From the NCBI GenBank assembly GCA_973895155.1, contig OZ316891.1, positions 5,799,708 through 5,863,707 of the forward strand: a DNA stretch of 64,000 nucleotides, written 5' to 3'. The notes below the pieces were generated by a model. The model ran no database searches and was not told the DNA's origin. It saw only the letters and a program-made list of their open reading frames with translations. This DNA comes from Marsupella aquatica (lineage: Eukaryota > Plantae > Marchantiophyta). Shown here piece by piece: positions 35,329 through 46,815 of the stretch (positions are counted from its first letter, which is position 1; every line of letters starts with the position of its first letter). The position numbers and the translations under genes are program-made.

Positions 35329-36468
35329 ATGAGAAAGTCACAAAAAATGTTGTTTTTCACAACTTCTCAAAAAACTCGAAACTCAACACCGCCGCGTAGC
35401 CCACAAAGCTAGGAGTCCAATACTGAAAACCGAAATCAAAATCAAAATTTGACGGAAAAGTTATTCAAATTTCGGTCGAGGTGGGTAAAACCTTGGGAAA
35501 CTCCCCCGTTTTGACCACCTCAGGGAATAACCGAAATACCAAGTACAACCCGTTGTCGGAATTGCGATGTGATTGGTGCGCTGCATTGCCAACTTCAATG
35601 GCTACGACCTCGCCGAAAAATAACCAAAAAAGTTACCGTTCGGCGGATGAAATCTTTGTCGGACGGTCAAAAAATAGCTCTCTGGTTTTTTGGAATATTC
35701 TATGACCCTTGTACAGGCCCTGTGGGAATTTTGGAAGAACAATCGAGGGGCTGACATGTGTCCTCGAACCCCCAAAACCCCCTACCACCCTTCGTCGTCG
35801 AAATCTGGTCGCGCGCGCAGAAAATACACACGGCAGAATGTACCCCTCGACACCAAACGCAAGATATCTCACTCGGGTTTTGACTAAATCAAGATCCGAT
35901 TTCAGATTTGGAAACTAGACTCCGAGGCGATGAAGATCGATATAAGAAGCACCCAAAACAAGGAAAGAACGAGGGAGAAAAAAATTGGTAAAGATGACAG
36001 ATTTCTCTCAATTGCCATAGCCAATTTCGAATCAGTTTTTCAAAGAGAAAAAAATGGTACCTTGTCAACAACGAATGTTGATCAATTGCACTTGGTGCCG
36101 TCACCAAGTCCAACAAGGTAATTGATTTTGCTTAGCCTTCCTCTTTGCATCAAAGAGCCAATCCCGGACTCAAAAACAATCGTCTTGCCTCAATCTCTCC
36201 GTTGAGTCAAAACACTTGACGCTTCTCCCTCCGAGTCGATTGCCAACTTTCTTCACAAAATCCAGAACGACGAAAACTTAGATCTCTCTGCACCACGAGC
36301 TCCGTTCAACGATTTCTTCACACCGTTAGAAAGCTCTTGCCCTGATCTATCCGTTGAGCCCATAAACTCCAAGTTCCATGCGATGGAACTCTGGAAAATC
36401 CACCAACACTCAACGCTGGAAAAACCGTCATGAAATCCCGTCACGAACACACGTCACCTCCCAAGCAT

Positions 36469-36480
36469 GCTCTGATACCA
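36469..36480 (-). promoter_or_regulatory. Primer binding site, initiator tRNA-Met
   Basis: Minus strand TGGTATCAGAGC lies 2 nt inside the 5' LTR. Confidence 0.95.
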
Positions 36481-36482
36481 AT

Positions 36483-36956
36483 TGTTGAGCATAGACGATG
36501 ATCGCAACGGCAAGCCCATGAACCATCCAACGCACAATAGTCGACACAAGAGATACGTGGTTCACCTCCTTGAGGCTACGTCCACGGGAACACACAAGAG
36601 AGCTTTACTGAACTCTAAGCCCGTCGACTATACCGAGTCTCCACAGTGTAAGCTCTCCCTATCTCTCAAGTGGCTCCATAACAATGAGCCTTGGTTCTAC
36701 CTCTCCAAGCACACATGCCTCTTATGATATAGTGTGCAACTTAGTTGTACCTAACCACATAGTTGTACCTAATCACGTAGTTGTACCTAACCACGTAGTT
36801 GTACCTAATCACGTAGTTGTACCTAATCACGTAGTTGTACCTAACCACATAGTTGTACCTAATCACGTAGTTGTATCTAACCACGTAGTTGTACCAACCA
36901 CGTTGTTGTACCAACCACGTCATACCTAACCTAGACGTAAGAGTAAATACCCAACA
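36483..36956 (-). repeat. 5' LTR of the copia element
   Basis: 474-bp direct repeat of 30357-30830. Confidence 0.97.
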
Positions 36957-37054
36957 GAAAGTGCGCCTAGCGGGAATGAGTACATTCAGCCAATGGGACT
37001 GAATGGGCTACCCTACACGCAAAGACCCACAAAATTGTTTGCATACAGCATACA

Positions 37055-37374
37055 CGTAGCACATAGCGTCCTATGTGTATACAAAGTCGACGGGGGGACG
37101 GGGGGACGGGGTTTAGGGGGACGGGGTTTGACGGGCCGGCACACAAAGGCTTGGCCGGTGAGGCGATAGTGGGCCCGGGTCCGGTGGCAGGGAAGAAGAA
37201 TAGGGACAGCCCGGATGGGGCTGCCTCCCCCAACCCACCCAACGCAAAGGTCATGCTGCCCGAATCAATCAGCAGACGGTCACAAACGACTGCAACCCTG
37301 TAAACGCCTTGCCTTACTGTAAGCCCTCAAGACCGATGCATTAATGTGCATCGATACTGGCGATCGCCGTGAAT
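37055..37374 (-). repeat. Right TIR of the MULE
   Basis: Inverted copy of 20745-21049 with an extra 15-bp local duplication in the G-rich part. Confidence 0.95.
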
Positions 37375-39649
37375 TCTAACTACCGTAGTCATTAATTAAT
37401 CTATGAACATTAGGTACAGAAGATTTAGCATCATTCTTTTAATCTTTTCCTTCTCAAGATGACATTCTCCACCCTGGTTGCTTGCTAGGTTGAAGATGCT
37501 CTCACCCACCAGGCAACTAAGCAAAGTTAACTGGAGCCAGTTCTTTTGCTAGGTTTGATGAGTGCTTCAGTCCATTTGTGTTAGTTTTGGTTCTTCTTTC
37601 CCTGTTTTTAGAGGTTCCTCATTGGTCACTCCTTTTGCATTTTTGTTCACTTTGGAATTCTTTTGTTTATTCTTTTGTACTCAGTCTGGCCCTTTCTGTA
37701 AAAAGTTTGTAACATCTATTTTCTGTTCCAAACTAGTTTATGCATACACACAACATGTGCAAAAGCCATGGAGCCAATTGAAACCAGTTTCACTGGTTAC
37801 AGGGTCCATATTTTATCTAAGTTTGAACAAAACCAAGGCTGGCCAGGTTTTAGGGCAAGGACCTCTCATGAAACTAAAAAGAACAAAAAGGAAAAGGGTG
37901 TTAGAACTCTACCCTATGGCTGCCCTAGTGCTACTTATTTAGAACCTCCAAAGATCTTTTATTATTAGCCCATGCTGGAACGAATTGCAAGCACTGTCCG
38001 TAAATGTCATTGGGGGGTCCCAAAGCTTCACTGTGGTCTCAACGCTTCACCCTATAAAAGTTAATTAAGGTCAAATTGTTCGTGACCATCTAACTTTTGG
38101 TATGAGCTCAGACCTTTTTGTAAACTCAAAGTGATGATTGTGCCCTTTTTCATTGTAGGGACAGAAAGTTGTACTACTTATGTGTAGCTAAGGTGCTTTG
38201 CGGATGGCATCATTTTCGTCAGATATTTCAGAAAACTGGCACGAAAAGGCTCACAACGACCTTGCGTATAGGTCTATTGAAAAAGTATTTAAATATATTT
38301 TTTCCTAAAGTGTGTAGCTTGCTTATAGCCATAGCTCACGGTAATTGTTTATGCCTAAAAGTTAATGATCATAAATTTGAGATTTCATAACTAACCCATA
38401 ATTTGTAGTTAAGTAGAAGAATTGAGTCTTTGAGATGCCCTAATTGAGTTCCCAACAGGTCAATCCTTTATGTTAACTAACTTAAATTTTAGAGCTAAAA
38501 AATTAAAAATTAAAAAAAAACTTAAATTTTAGAGCTATAAGCCAATCCTCATGGCAAATGTATTGCTCAGATGGGATTTCCAAGCTCATATTGATCTTGA
38601 AAAACATGTTTTTTTAACTAGGGTGCCATGGATGGACTTGCATAAAAAGAGAATCTTGAAAACAGTCATCTGAGTTAAAAGGGTTGGGAGATCCCATGTA
38701 TTACTGATCCAGGTGTATGACATTTGCAATCAAATTAGAAGGCCTAGTTTACTTCCTCAGTGCTAAAGAGAGAACAAACGTTCCCAATAGATTTCTGCTC
38801 AAACTGACCAATGAGACAGACCTTCCTTGAGACTGTCCATTCCAAGCTCACAATGGACAGTCTCCTTCCTTGAGGTCATTACATTAGTGTAGATGTGGAC
38901 CATTGGTCCATCACACAATGGCAGTGGTCAATATTTTCCCATTTTTATCTTTTTCCTTTTTCTCGTTTTTTGGGGTTTACCTTTGCCCTCTTGTTTTGAG
39001 TTTGGTGCTTGTCAGTTTTCTTTTTCTAAAATTTGTGAAACCCCATGGACACGGAGGCAATAGAAGCCAGCTTTGAACCCAAGATCTATGAGTCCCTACT
39101 CAAGTGAGCTAACAGACAGCCATGCCTGCTTTGGCATGGTGTTTGTCAGCTTTGCACCTCTTAAATTTTTTCTTCATTGTACTTTGTTTGGCCCTTTTGT
39201 AAATAAACTTAGAATGTAACTTTCATGCTCTTTTGACAATTATGCAATGTTGGGTTTCTTATTGTTATTATTTACGGACCCCCACTAGGGGTCTCTTGCA
39301 AATTCTCTGCCATGAGGTTGTGCCACATCACCACAACTAGCCACAAACAGGAATGATCATACTTTTAACAATAACAAACATGCACATTCCTGTTTGTGGC
39401 AAAAGCAAAGTAATTTTTGGGACGCCATGCCGTAAATATTAAACGTAAAAAAACCAAAATACAAATGAAAAGATGTCATTTAGTAAAACAAAGTTACCAT
39501 TTTGATGTTTGTCAAAGATATATCAGTGTTTTATATCAAAATGCTCATATTTTTTAATTGTTTGCAAATTTGAAAAAAACAATCGATAGAAATGTACATA
39601 GTTAAGACCCCTTTGGCTTCACATTGTAAAACTAAATAATAAATCTCCT

Positions 39650-40135
39650 TTGTACTTGATAAAAACGATCTGCCAATGTTTGATTCATTGGAAAATTCAA
39701 GATCACGATTTAGAAACTTGTGATCTCTTTAGTAATGTTTGACTTGATAAAATCTCTCAATGTCACACTCATTGGAAAGCTAGAGTAAAATTAAAAACTC
39801 ATCATCTCCTTAGTACTTGACAAAATCTATCAATGTTAGGTTCATTGGAAAGCTAGAGAAATTTAGATACTCATAATCTCTCTATTTCTTGACAAATAAT
39901 CTCAATGTCACACATTAGAAAGCTAAAGAGATTGAAAACCTCCTGATCTCTTGAGTACCGTGACAAAATTTGACATGAAATTTGTCAATGTCGGACTCAA
40001 TGTTAGAAAGCTAGAAGAATTCATGAACTCATGATCAAAATTTTTTATACTCACACTCATTGGAAAGGCAAAGAAATTCAAAAACTCATATGGAACTTGA
40101 CAAAATTTGTCAATTTGAGGCTCATTGGAAACCCT
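39650..40135. repeat. Diverged ~70-80-bp tandem repeat, ~6-7 units
   Basis: Recurring ttgacaaaatct.tcaatgt...tcattggaaagctagag...aaactc.tgatctc. Confidence 0.75.
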
Positions 40136-41934
40136 TTCTCGATTAAGAGATATCACAATCTCGTCACCGTCACAAGCTTAGCCGCTACAAATTGATTTCT
40201 TTGATTACGTCGCCATCGCTTAACCACAATGCTTGCTTCCCGGCTTGAATTGTTCACATCTCTTAGATAGTCTTCAACTAAAGTTCACTCGAAACACAGG
40301 TTGACGCCAAATGCAGCCTCTATGTCAAAGAAGTTAGAATTGTTGGTCTTCCCCTCACACCATAGATTTCCTAAATAAAAATAACTATAAATCCTTTTTC
40401 TAAGTGATGGCTCGTTTGTTTTGTGTGTTATTCCCACCGAATCGACAAGCGCTCTTTTGCCAACAGCTAGGTGTTGTGCTCCAGTCTGTCTTGTGGCGGT
40501 AATGCTCAATGTAACTCACAAACAATCAATCAAGAATGGTTGAAAGATGATTTCTCCAATGTGTAAACAAAACCTATAAGAAAACTCAATTCCTCCACAT
40601 TCAACCTTCCGTTTGATAAATCTCTATCTTTTGAGCATTTGTTTTTGTACGAGCACACACTAACACCATCGGGAGACTCAAAACCATTGGTTAACGCCTT
40701 GATGAAAATTGATTTCACTTAATCACATGCACATTCCTTGGATGAACATGGGGGTCCACGGATTAATTAAGACCTTATCATCCTTGAGAGGGGTGTGAAT
40801 TTTTACTTTGTATGTTATTGTGCATTATGCTCTATAATCTTATACAAAGTTTTAGGGGTGAGTTCTCACTCTTTGTCCCAACTTTTTGCCTTGTTGAACA
40901 TGGTTGAACAGAATATGAGCTTTGGAATAGCAACTTCAAGGCGGGTCATGTAAATTTTGAGTGAATAAAAGCTTGGGGTTGCCTCATATTGGTCAAAAAG
41001 AGTTGACCAATAATGACAGGAAAAAGGGTTGATAAAGAAAAGACAGTCTAAACAAATCAAATAGGACTATTTTATTCTACTGGGTTTAGTTTTATATCTC
41101 CAGTAAGAGACTTTCATAAATCTGCAAATTCAATCAAAATTTGACGTCACCCTCTAAATGTCCAGCCATTAGATTGTTTGAATCAAAACATCCATGTCAA
41201 TTTTGTGTGAAGACTTGTGTACATGAAGGCTTTTGCGGCCTCTCAACTGGAAATGAACTTCATATGGTTAGATGTTTTGAATCCAACCATCCAGATTCCT
41301 TTTGTGTGTGAATAGTTGTGTGATCTCGTAACTCAAAATTAACTTTCATATCGTTGGATATTTTGAATCCGACCATCTATATTGCTTAGAGTGTGTATGA
41401 TTGAAGACTCATGTGAAGAGTGATGTCACTTTTTGACACAAACAACTAAACTTATCCATGCTCGGATGTTGACACAAGTGAGTATGCCCTTTCATGGTGT
41501 CTAATCAATAAGAATAACTTGGACAATAGTTGGGCTTTGAAAAAGATCAATATTGAAAAATCCATAAAGTCCTTTGTCTCCAGTTGGGTATAAAGTGAAT
41601 TTCAAAAGGCAATTTTATTACAATAAAGTAAACAAGCTTGGAAAGCAAAATATAAAGCGTTCTCTCAACCGTCTTGAAGGACACATAACAAGAAAGAATG
41701 CTAAAAATATAACTCAGGGTGAAAGATCATGTGGAAAGTAGGGTGAATGGAAGGGTTTGGTCATGAGAAGCTTACATTGAAGTTTAATGCAAGGTTACTA
41801 AGATGTTAACATGTGGAAGGGTCTAGTTATGGAAATATTGTTTGAAGTGTTATTTAATGTTAGAATATTGTAATGTGAACTCTAGAGTATTATAACCTTG
41901 TTTTAAGTTAAAACCTGTCACTCGAACAATTATA

Positions 41935-42420
41935 CTCCAACCCTTGCATATGTGCATACTATTGCCTTACCTTACGTCGACCTTATTGATTTTGGGTTAC
42001 AATTGGGGTCAAACAATACACGGACCCTTGAAGATGCGTGTACCAAAATGCTTTAACTTGGAACCTTATATTGATTTAGAAGTTACAACTAGGGTCAAAC
42101 TGTACAACTCTTGCAGATGAGTGTACCAAAATGTCTTGACCTATAACCTTATATTGATTTTGAAGTTACATCTATGATCAAACAATATACATAGTCTTGC
42201 TAATTTGTAACCTTATATTTATTTTTAGGTTCAAATTAGGGTCAAACAATAAATACACTTACCTTTGTAGATGTGTGTACCTGGGTATGTACCAAAACGC
42301 CTTAACTTTGTAATTTCATTGATTTTGAAGTTATAGCTGGTATCAAACAGTACATCAACCCTTGCATATATTGTACTATAGTTAATTGCCGTAACTTGTA
42401 TACAATATGGACCTTGTAAT
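41935..42420. repeat. Diverged ~85-bp tandem repeat, ~5-6 units
   Basis: Recurring ccttatattgatttt.aagttaca...ggtcaaacaatac...ccttgcagatg.gtgtaccaaaatg. Confidence 0.75.
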
Positions 42421-45400
42421 CATAATACCTGATTGATAATCAACTTAAGTGAATAACTTTTGGTAGAAAGAACTAACTTCTTCATTTTTGGAATCCAACA
42501 AAGGGAAAACTTCACTTTCTTAATATGTATTATGCTAAGATAACCCCAACAATCTGAAAGGGAACTATAGGAGACTCATCTACCTACCAAGAACATTGCT
42601 TTCATCAAATAGAATGCAAATTACTAATACTTACATTTTGATTAAGATTGGAGAAATATTTGATTATTCAAATAATAAAATTAGTGTTGTGTTAAAATAC
42701 TAATATATAAACATTTTCACATCCAGATATGATAATGTTGCAAATTTTAACTTTTCCGATCAATTATTTAAAAAAAAAATACTATCACAAATAGTATATA
42801 TGTGAAAAGTAAATTTGAAAGTATAGATTGAGTCCATGGTTGATTTAGCTTTATAAGAGATCATGTTTAGCAATTACATTTATTGAATAGGGGAAAAAGA
42901 GAGACAAAACAAACCTCCATTCTAAGCCTTGTGAAAAGCTTGAAGTTGTTTCTTAGTGATGTTTGATTTTCCAAAATCTGTCTAGAAATTCACACAAAGT
43001 TGCTCATGTCAAGAATTGCATGGACAGAACATCGGGTCACTTCACAAGTAACAAATCAACACAAATTCTAGTCATAAAAACATGCAATGATACAAACACT
43101 TACCTTGATCATAGTCACCATGAAAAATCTTTAAGAAAGATCTTGTCTGCCACTTGAGTCTATCTCCCAATGGGCCCTAGTCAGAAATATTCTTTAAATG
43201 CACACCAAAAAGTCATAAGCATAATGGCAAACACTTACACATTCAACTATAACCAACTATTCTCAAAACATTCAATTCTTGGGGGTCTCATTATATGGAT
43301 GTCTCCCATCCCCTACAACGTTTTTAGGCCTCGGACACCCTAAAATTTAAGAATTTTTTTCAATCCCTATAAAGTTAGAATATTTTTGGAATATTTTGAA
43401 AAATTAGTTAGAAAGACCCTAATGTTTTTATAAGTCTCAAAATTGAATTTAAAAGACCCTATTGTTCTTTTGCAAAATTCTTAAGTCTTTCATTCAAACC
43501 AATAAAACGATCCTATCCTTCGTCGCACATGATGTGCCATTTTTGTGGAAGTGAAACCCGAGATTCAATTATTCTATTATTATGAAATCTCTACAAAAAC
43601 AAGTCTATGACTTTTTAGTGAGTAGTAAAATATACTTTTGAAAAATTGGAATTGAAGAGAGTGTTTCTCCTCTCATGAAGGTGGCTCTATATAACCTTAG
43701 TCTCTTTTCAGCATGATAGTTATGATTCTACACTTATGGGTTTTTTCTTTGTTTCAATTTGTCATTAATGAGATTGATGAGAACTCAATCTCATTCTTTA
43801 TTACTAGATAAATCATGATAAATAAAATACACTTTCCCAAACAAAAAGATACTTGTTCCCCACAAAACAGTTAAAAACCAATTTTTTTAGTGATGCCAAC
43901 TTTTACTTATGCAAACTACATGTACTCATAAAAACACCTCATATTTTTATGAACAAGTCCAATTCATATCCAATGCACAAAAATGTTGAAAGACCTTGAA
44001 ATGCAGGTGATTGCCTAGCTCTTTACCTTCAAAACACTTCCTTGATCACCCTTGTGATGGACAATTTGTCACAAAAATGAGCGAGGTGAAAAGAGCATGA
44101 GAGAGGTGGAGACAAACAAGGGATGACTTTATTATGTACCCACTAGAAGCTCCTTCCAAATGTTTGGCACCACATTTGGGCACATCACTAGTTTCCATCA
44201 CATAGAGAAACTTGTATCATTGTGGCAACAAACATTCATGTTTGTTCTTCTCTCTTTTAACCTTCCCTCTCTGTCTCCCTCCCTTTTCTTTCTGCCCAAC
44301 CCCATGCAAGGGAGGGCACACTCAGAGTACAAGGAAGATCCTTGTGCTAGGCAAGGAAGGTGCCCAGGGTTAAGAGGAAGGTTTGGCAGACTTGACAACC
44401 AGGACAAAGAGGCAATAAGACAAACAAATTTAATAGTACCAATGCGTTAAAAAAATGACCTGGACCCACATACTAGTTATTATTATTATTTTGTAAAGGG
44501 TGGGGAGGGGCGGGAAGGGGAGCAAAAGACACTGGAAACAAGGAACCTATTTGTGCAAGCAAAAGTACAATTTACAACTAGTGTCAAACAAACTACATTC
44601 AAATAAATGGAGTACCAGAAATAGTGGTCTAAAGAGGAGACACGTACACTAAACGTAAATGGAGAGGTCATGCAAACTTCCCTTAAAGCCATAAAATGAC
44701 CAATATACAAAAACACATTTTACTATCTTACATTTTATCCATCAAACTGGATAAATTATTCTTTTCAAAACCTACTGGACAGTCCAAAATTTTCATTGTA
44801 AGTTGCCCCCATTTTGTACTTGAGCAAGTACTTGAGTGGGTTTAACTCTGTTGAGTAAATATTGCACAAGCTTACAACACCATAGAGAACCACTTTACCA
44901 CCTGGTAATTAACAATGAGACTCAAATATGTGTTTCATCTCACTTGGGCTACTTCCATGGCAAACTAAAGAATCACTATCATGCATCTTACTATAAAAGC
45001 GTCAACTGAGGTCTACTTTTAAGAGCCTAGATCTAGAGTGAAGCCTCTAGACCCTAACTCTATGGCCATCATGTGCATGGGAAAAACATGATTATGATGT
45101 ATGTCAACTGGTACATGCAATTTTTTTGGTGATAATTTTTAAGTATTAACATTCAAAAAATATGGCACTATGGCCCCACCACAACATAGTGCATAGAATA
45201 TGGATGAGCATACAAAAAGACTGATGTGCACATAAAGGAGAATGGTATATTATATATGACTATTAAAATGATAAGTTTTTTTATCATTTCATTAACTTTA
45301 AAGAATATTCACAATAGAGAATATATTTTGATAATACTTTTATTGTCCTATCCGCTATTCACATTTAAAGAACGGGTAGTCGGGGCTAGTGATCTCAAAA

Positions 45401-46509
45401 CATCCACCAAGCCAGACAAGCTCACAAGTGCTCTATGACAACTTTTGTTGTCTCACTCTCATTCTCTAACTCCCAACACTTATATCTAAATATGAGCACA
45501 AGTGCTCTCACAAGAGTCCTCTCCACTAGTCTAACCAGGAGCAATCTAGTTAGCTTAACCAGGTGCTATGGTCACATACTAACAAACTTGACCAGTATTC
45601 TAAGTACTTACCTGAAATGTGACTACAAGCGATTGGTTTGTAGACACATGCTTTGTGATTTCCCCATGCTAGCCCCCCAGCCGTACCTTCACCTTGGACC
45701 AGCTTTCCCCATTCGACACTCGCTAGAAAACCTCGCAGAAAACATGTGTAAACTATTGTCTATGGGAAAAAATATCATATTTTGGTCCCCTCGATCATTG
45801 CCCCTACTCTTGTGATGGAGAGGTTTTATCTATGACAACCGTTGTTTTAGTCTTTCTAAAATTTGTTTTTTCTAGATAGTCTTTAAATTTCATGACTAAT
45901 CATGTGGAAGGTCAATTCAAATGCAGACTGCCCAAAGCCTTTGTATAACCACCCTGTAGTTGCATTGGAAACTGTCCATTGAAATAAAGGCTGGGGTGTG
46001 TTTCTTATATAAACTACAGTAGGGAGACTGAACCCAACCGAAAGGCAGAACCATCTTGATTCGCCATAGAAAAGCCCTGAGGGCAAGCAAAAGTCATCAC
46101 AAGAAGGCACATGGTGCAATTAGAGAGCTATCCCAACAAAAGGAAAACCCAGGAGCTGTGAGGCTGGTAGGGAATTAAGAAAACCCAGATCAAAGGGAAA
46201 CCTAATGCTACTGAGACACCAAATTCTGTACGTTGCATGTAGAGAAGAATTAAATTCAGTGTTGAGCAAGGGCTACAGAGCCCATAAAGAAAAGGTTCAA
46301 TCAAATTTTGAATATATAATGTCTATTGGCAAAGATTGTGACTGGTTTTGTGCAATATTTGCAGATTGAATACTCTCAGAAAAACTTTCTTAACCAGGCA
46401 CAGGTGGCTCTTATTTGACAATCGACTTGACCAAATGAACAAAGCATCAGAAAATAATAGATTTGTGGAAGAAACTTAGCAACCAAATCTTATTATAAAG
46501 GCGCCCACT

Positions 46510-46815
46510 GAAGCCTACTCTTGAGGGCCTAGGTCTAGAGTGAAGACTCTAGACCATAACTCCCAAAACAGACAAAACTGATAATGAGATTCAATAAGGT
46601 CAAAATTTTAAATGAGAATGGACAATAGTGACATTAACTCTATAAAATACAACACTAAAATGAGGATGGACAAAACCAACGATAGGGCAAAGACTAAACA
46701 AAATAGCATTTAAATTTTATTGTGCAAAATTTTTCTTCATATCTGTTTAAGTTCAAGGAACTGGTCATGGGAATTTTTCTTCATATCTGTTTAAGTTCAA
46801 GGAACTGGTCATGGT
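46510..46815 (-). repeat. Inverted copy of the 8850-9600 dispersed repeat, plus a local ~42-bp direct duplication
   Basis: ggcctaggtctagagtgaagactctagacc is the reverse complement of the motif at ~9312; tttttcttcatatctgtttaagttcaaggaactggtcatgg occurs twice. Confidence 0.6.

Larger units (their letters stand above)
30357..36956 (-). mobile_element. Full-length Ty1/copia LTR retrotransposon nested in the MULE
   Basis: 474-bp LTRs (TGTTG...CAACA), 5-bp TSD GAAAG at 30352-30356 and 36957-36961, tRNA-iMet PBS, PPT, and domain order gag-PR-IN-RT-RNaseH. Confidence 0.98.
20745..37374. mobile_element. Mutator-like (MULE) DNA transposon, ~10 kb without the nested copia, three genes
   Basis: ~305/320-bp TIRs starting ATTCAC and ending GTGAAT; 8-bp direct flanks TCTAACTA at 20737-20744 and 37375-37382; MULE DDE plus SWIM transposase inside. 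Confidence 0.93.

Noticed and set aside
37111-37118. TTTAGGG telomere-type unit in the right TIR
   Set aside because: Single occurrence created by the local 15-bp duplication; no array.
40200-40720. Coding-like minus-strand stretches here and at 47050-47600
   Set aside because: Too many stops and no recognisable motif to assign a family.
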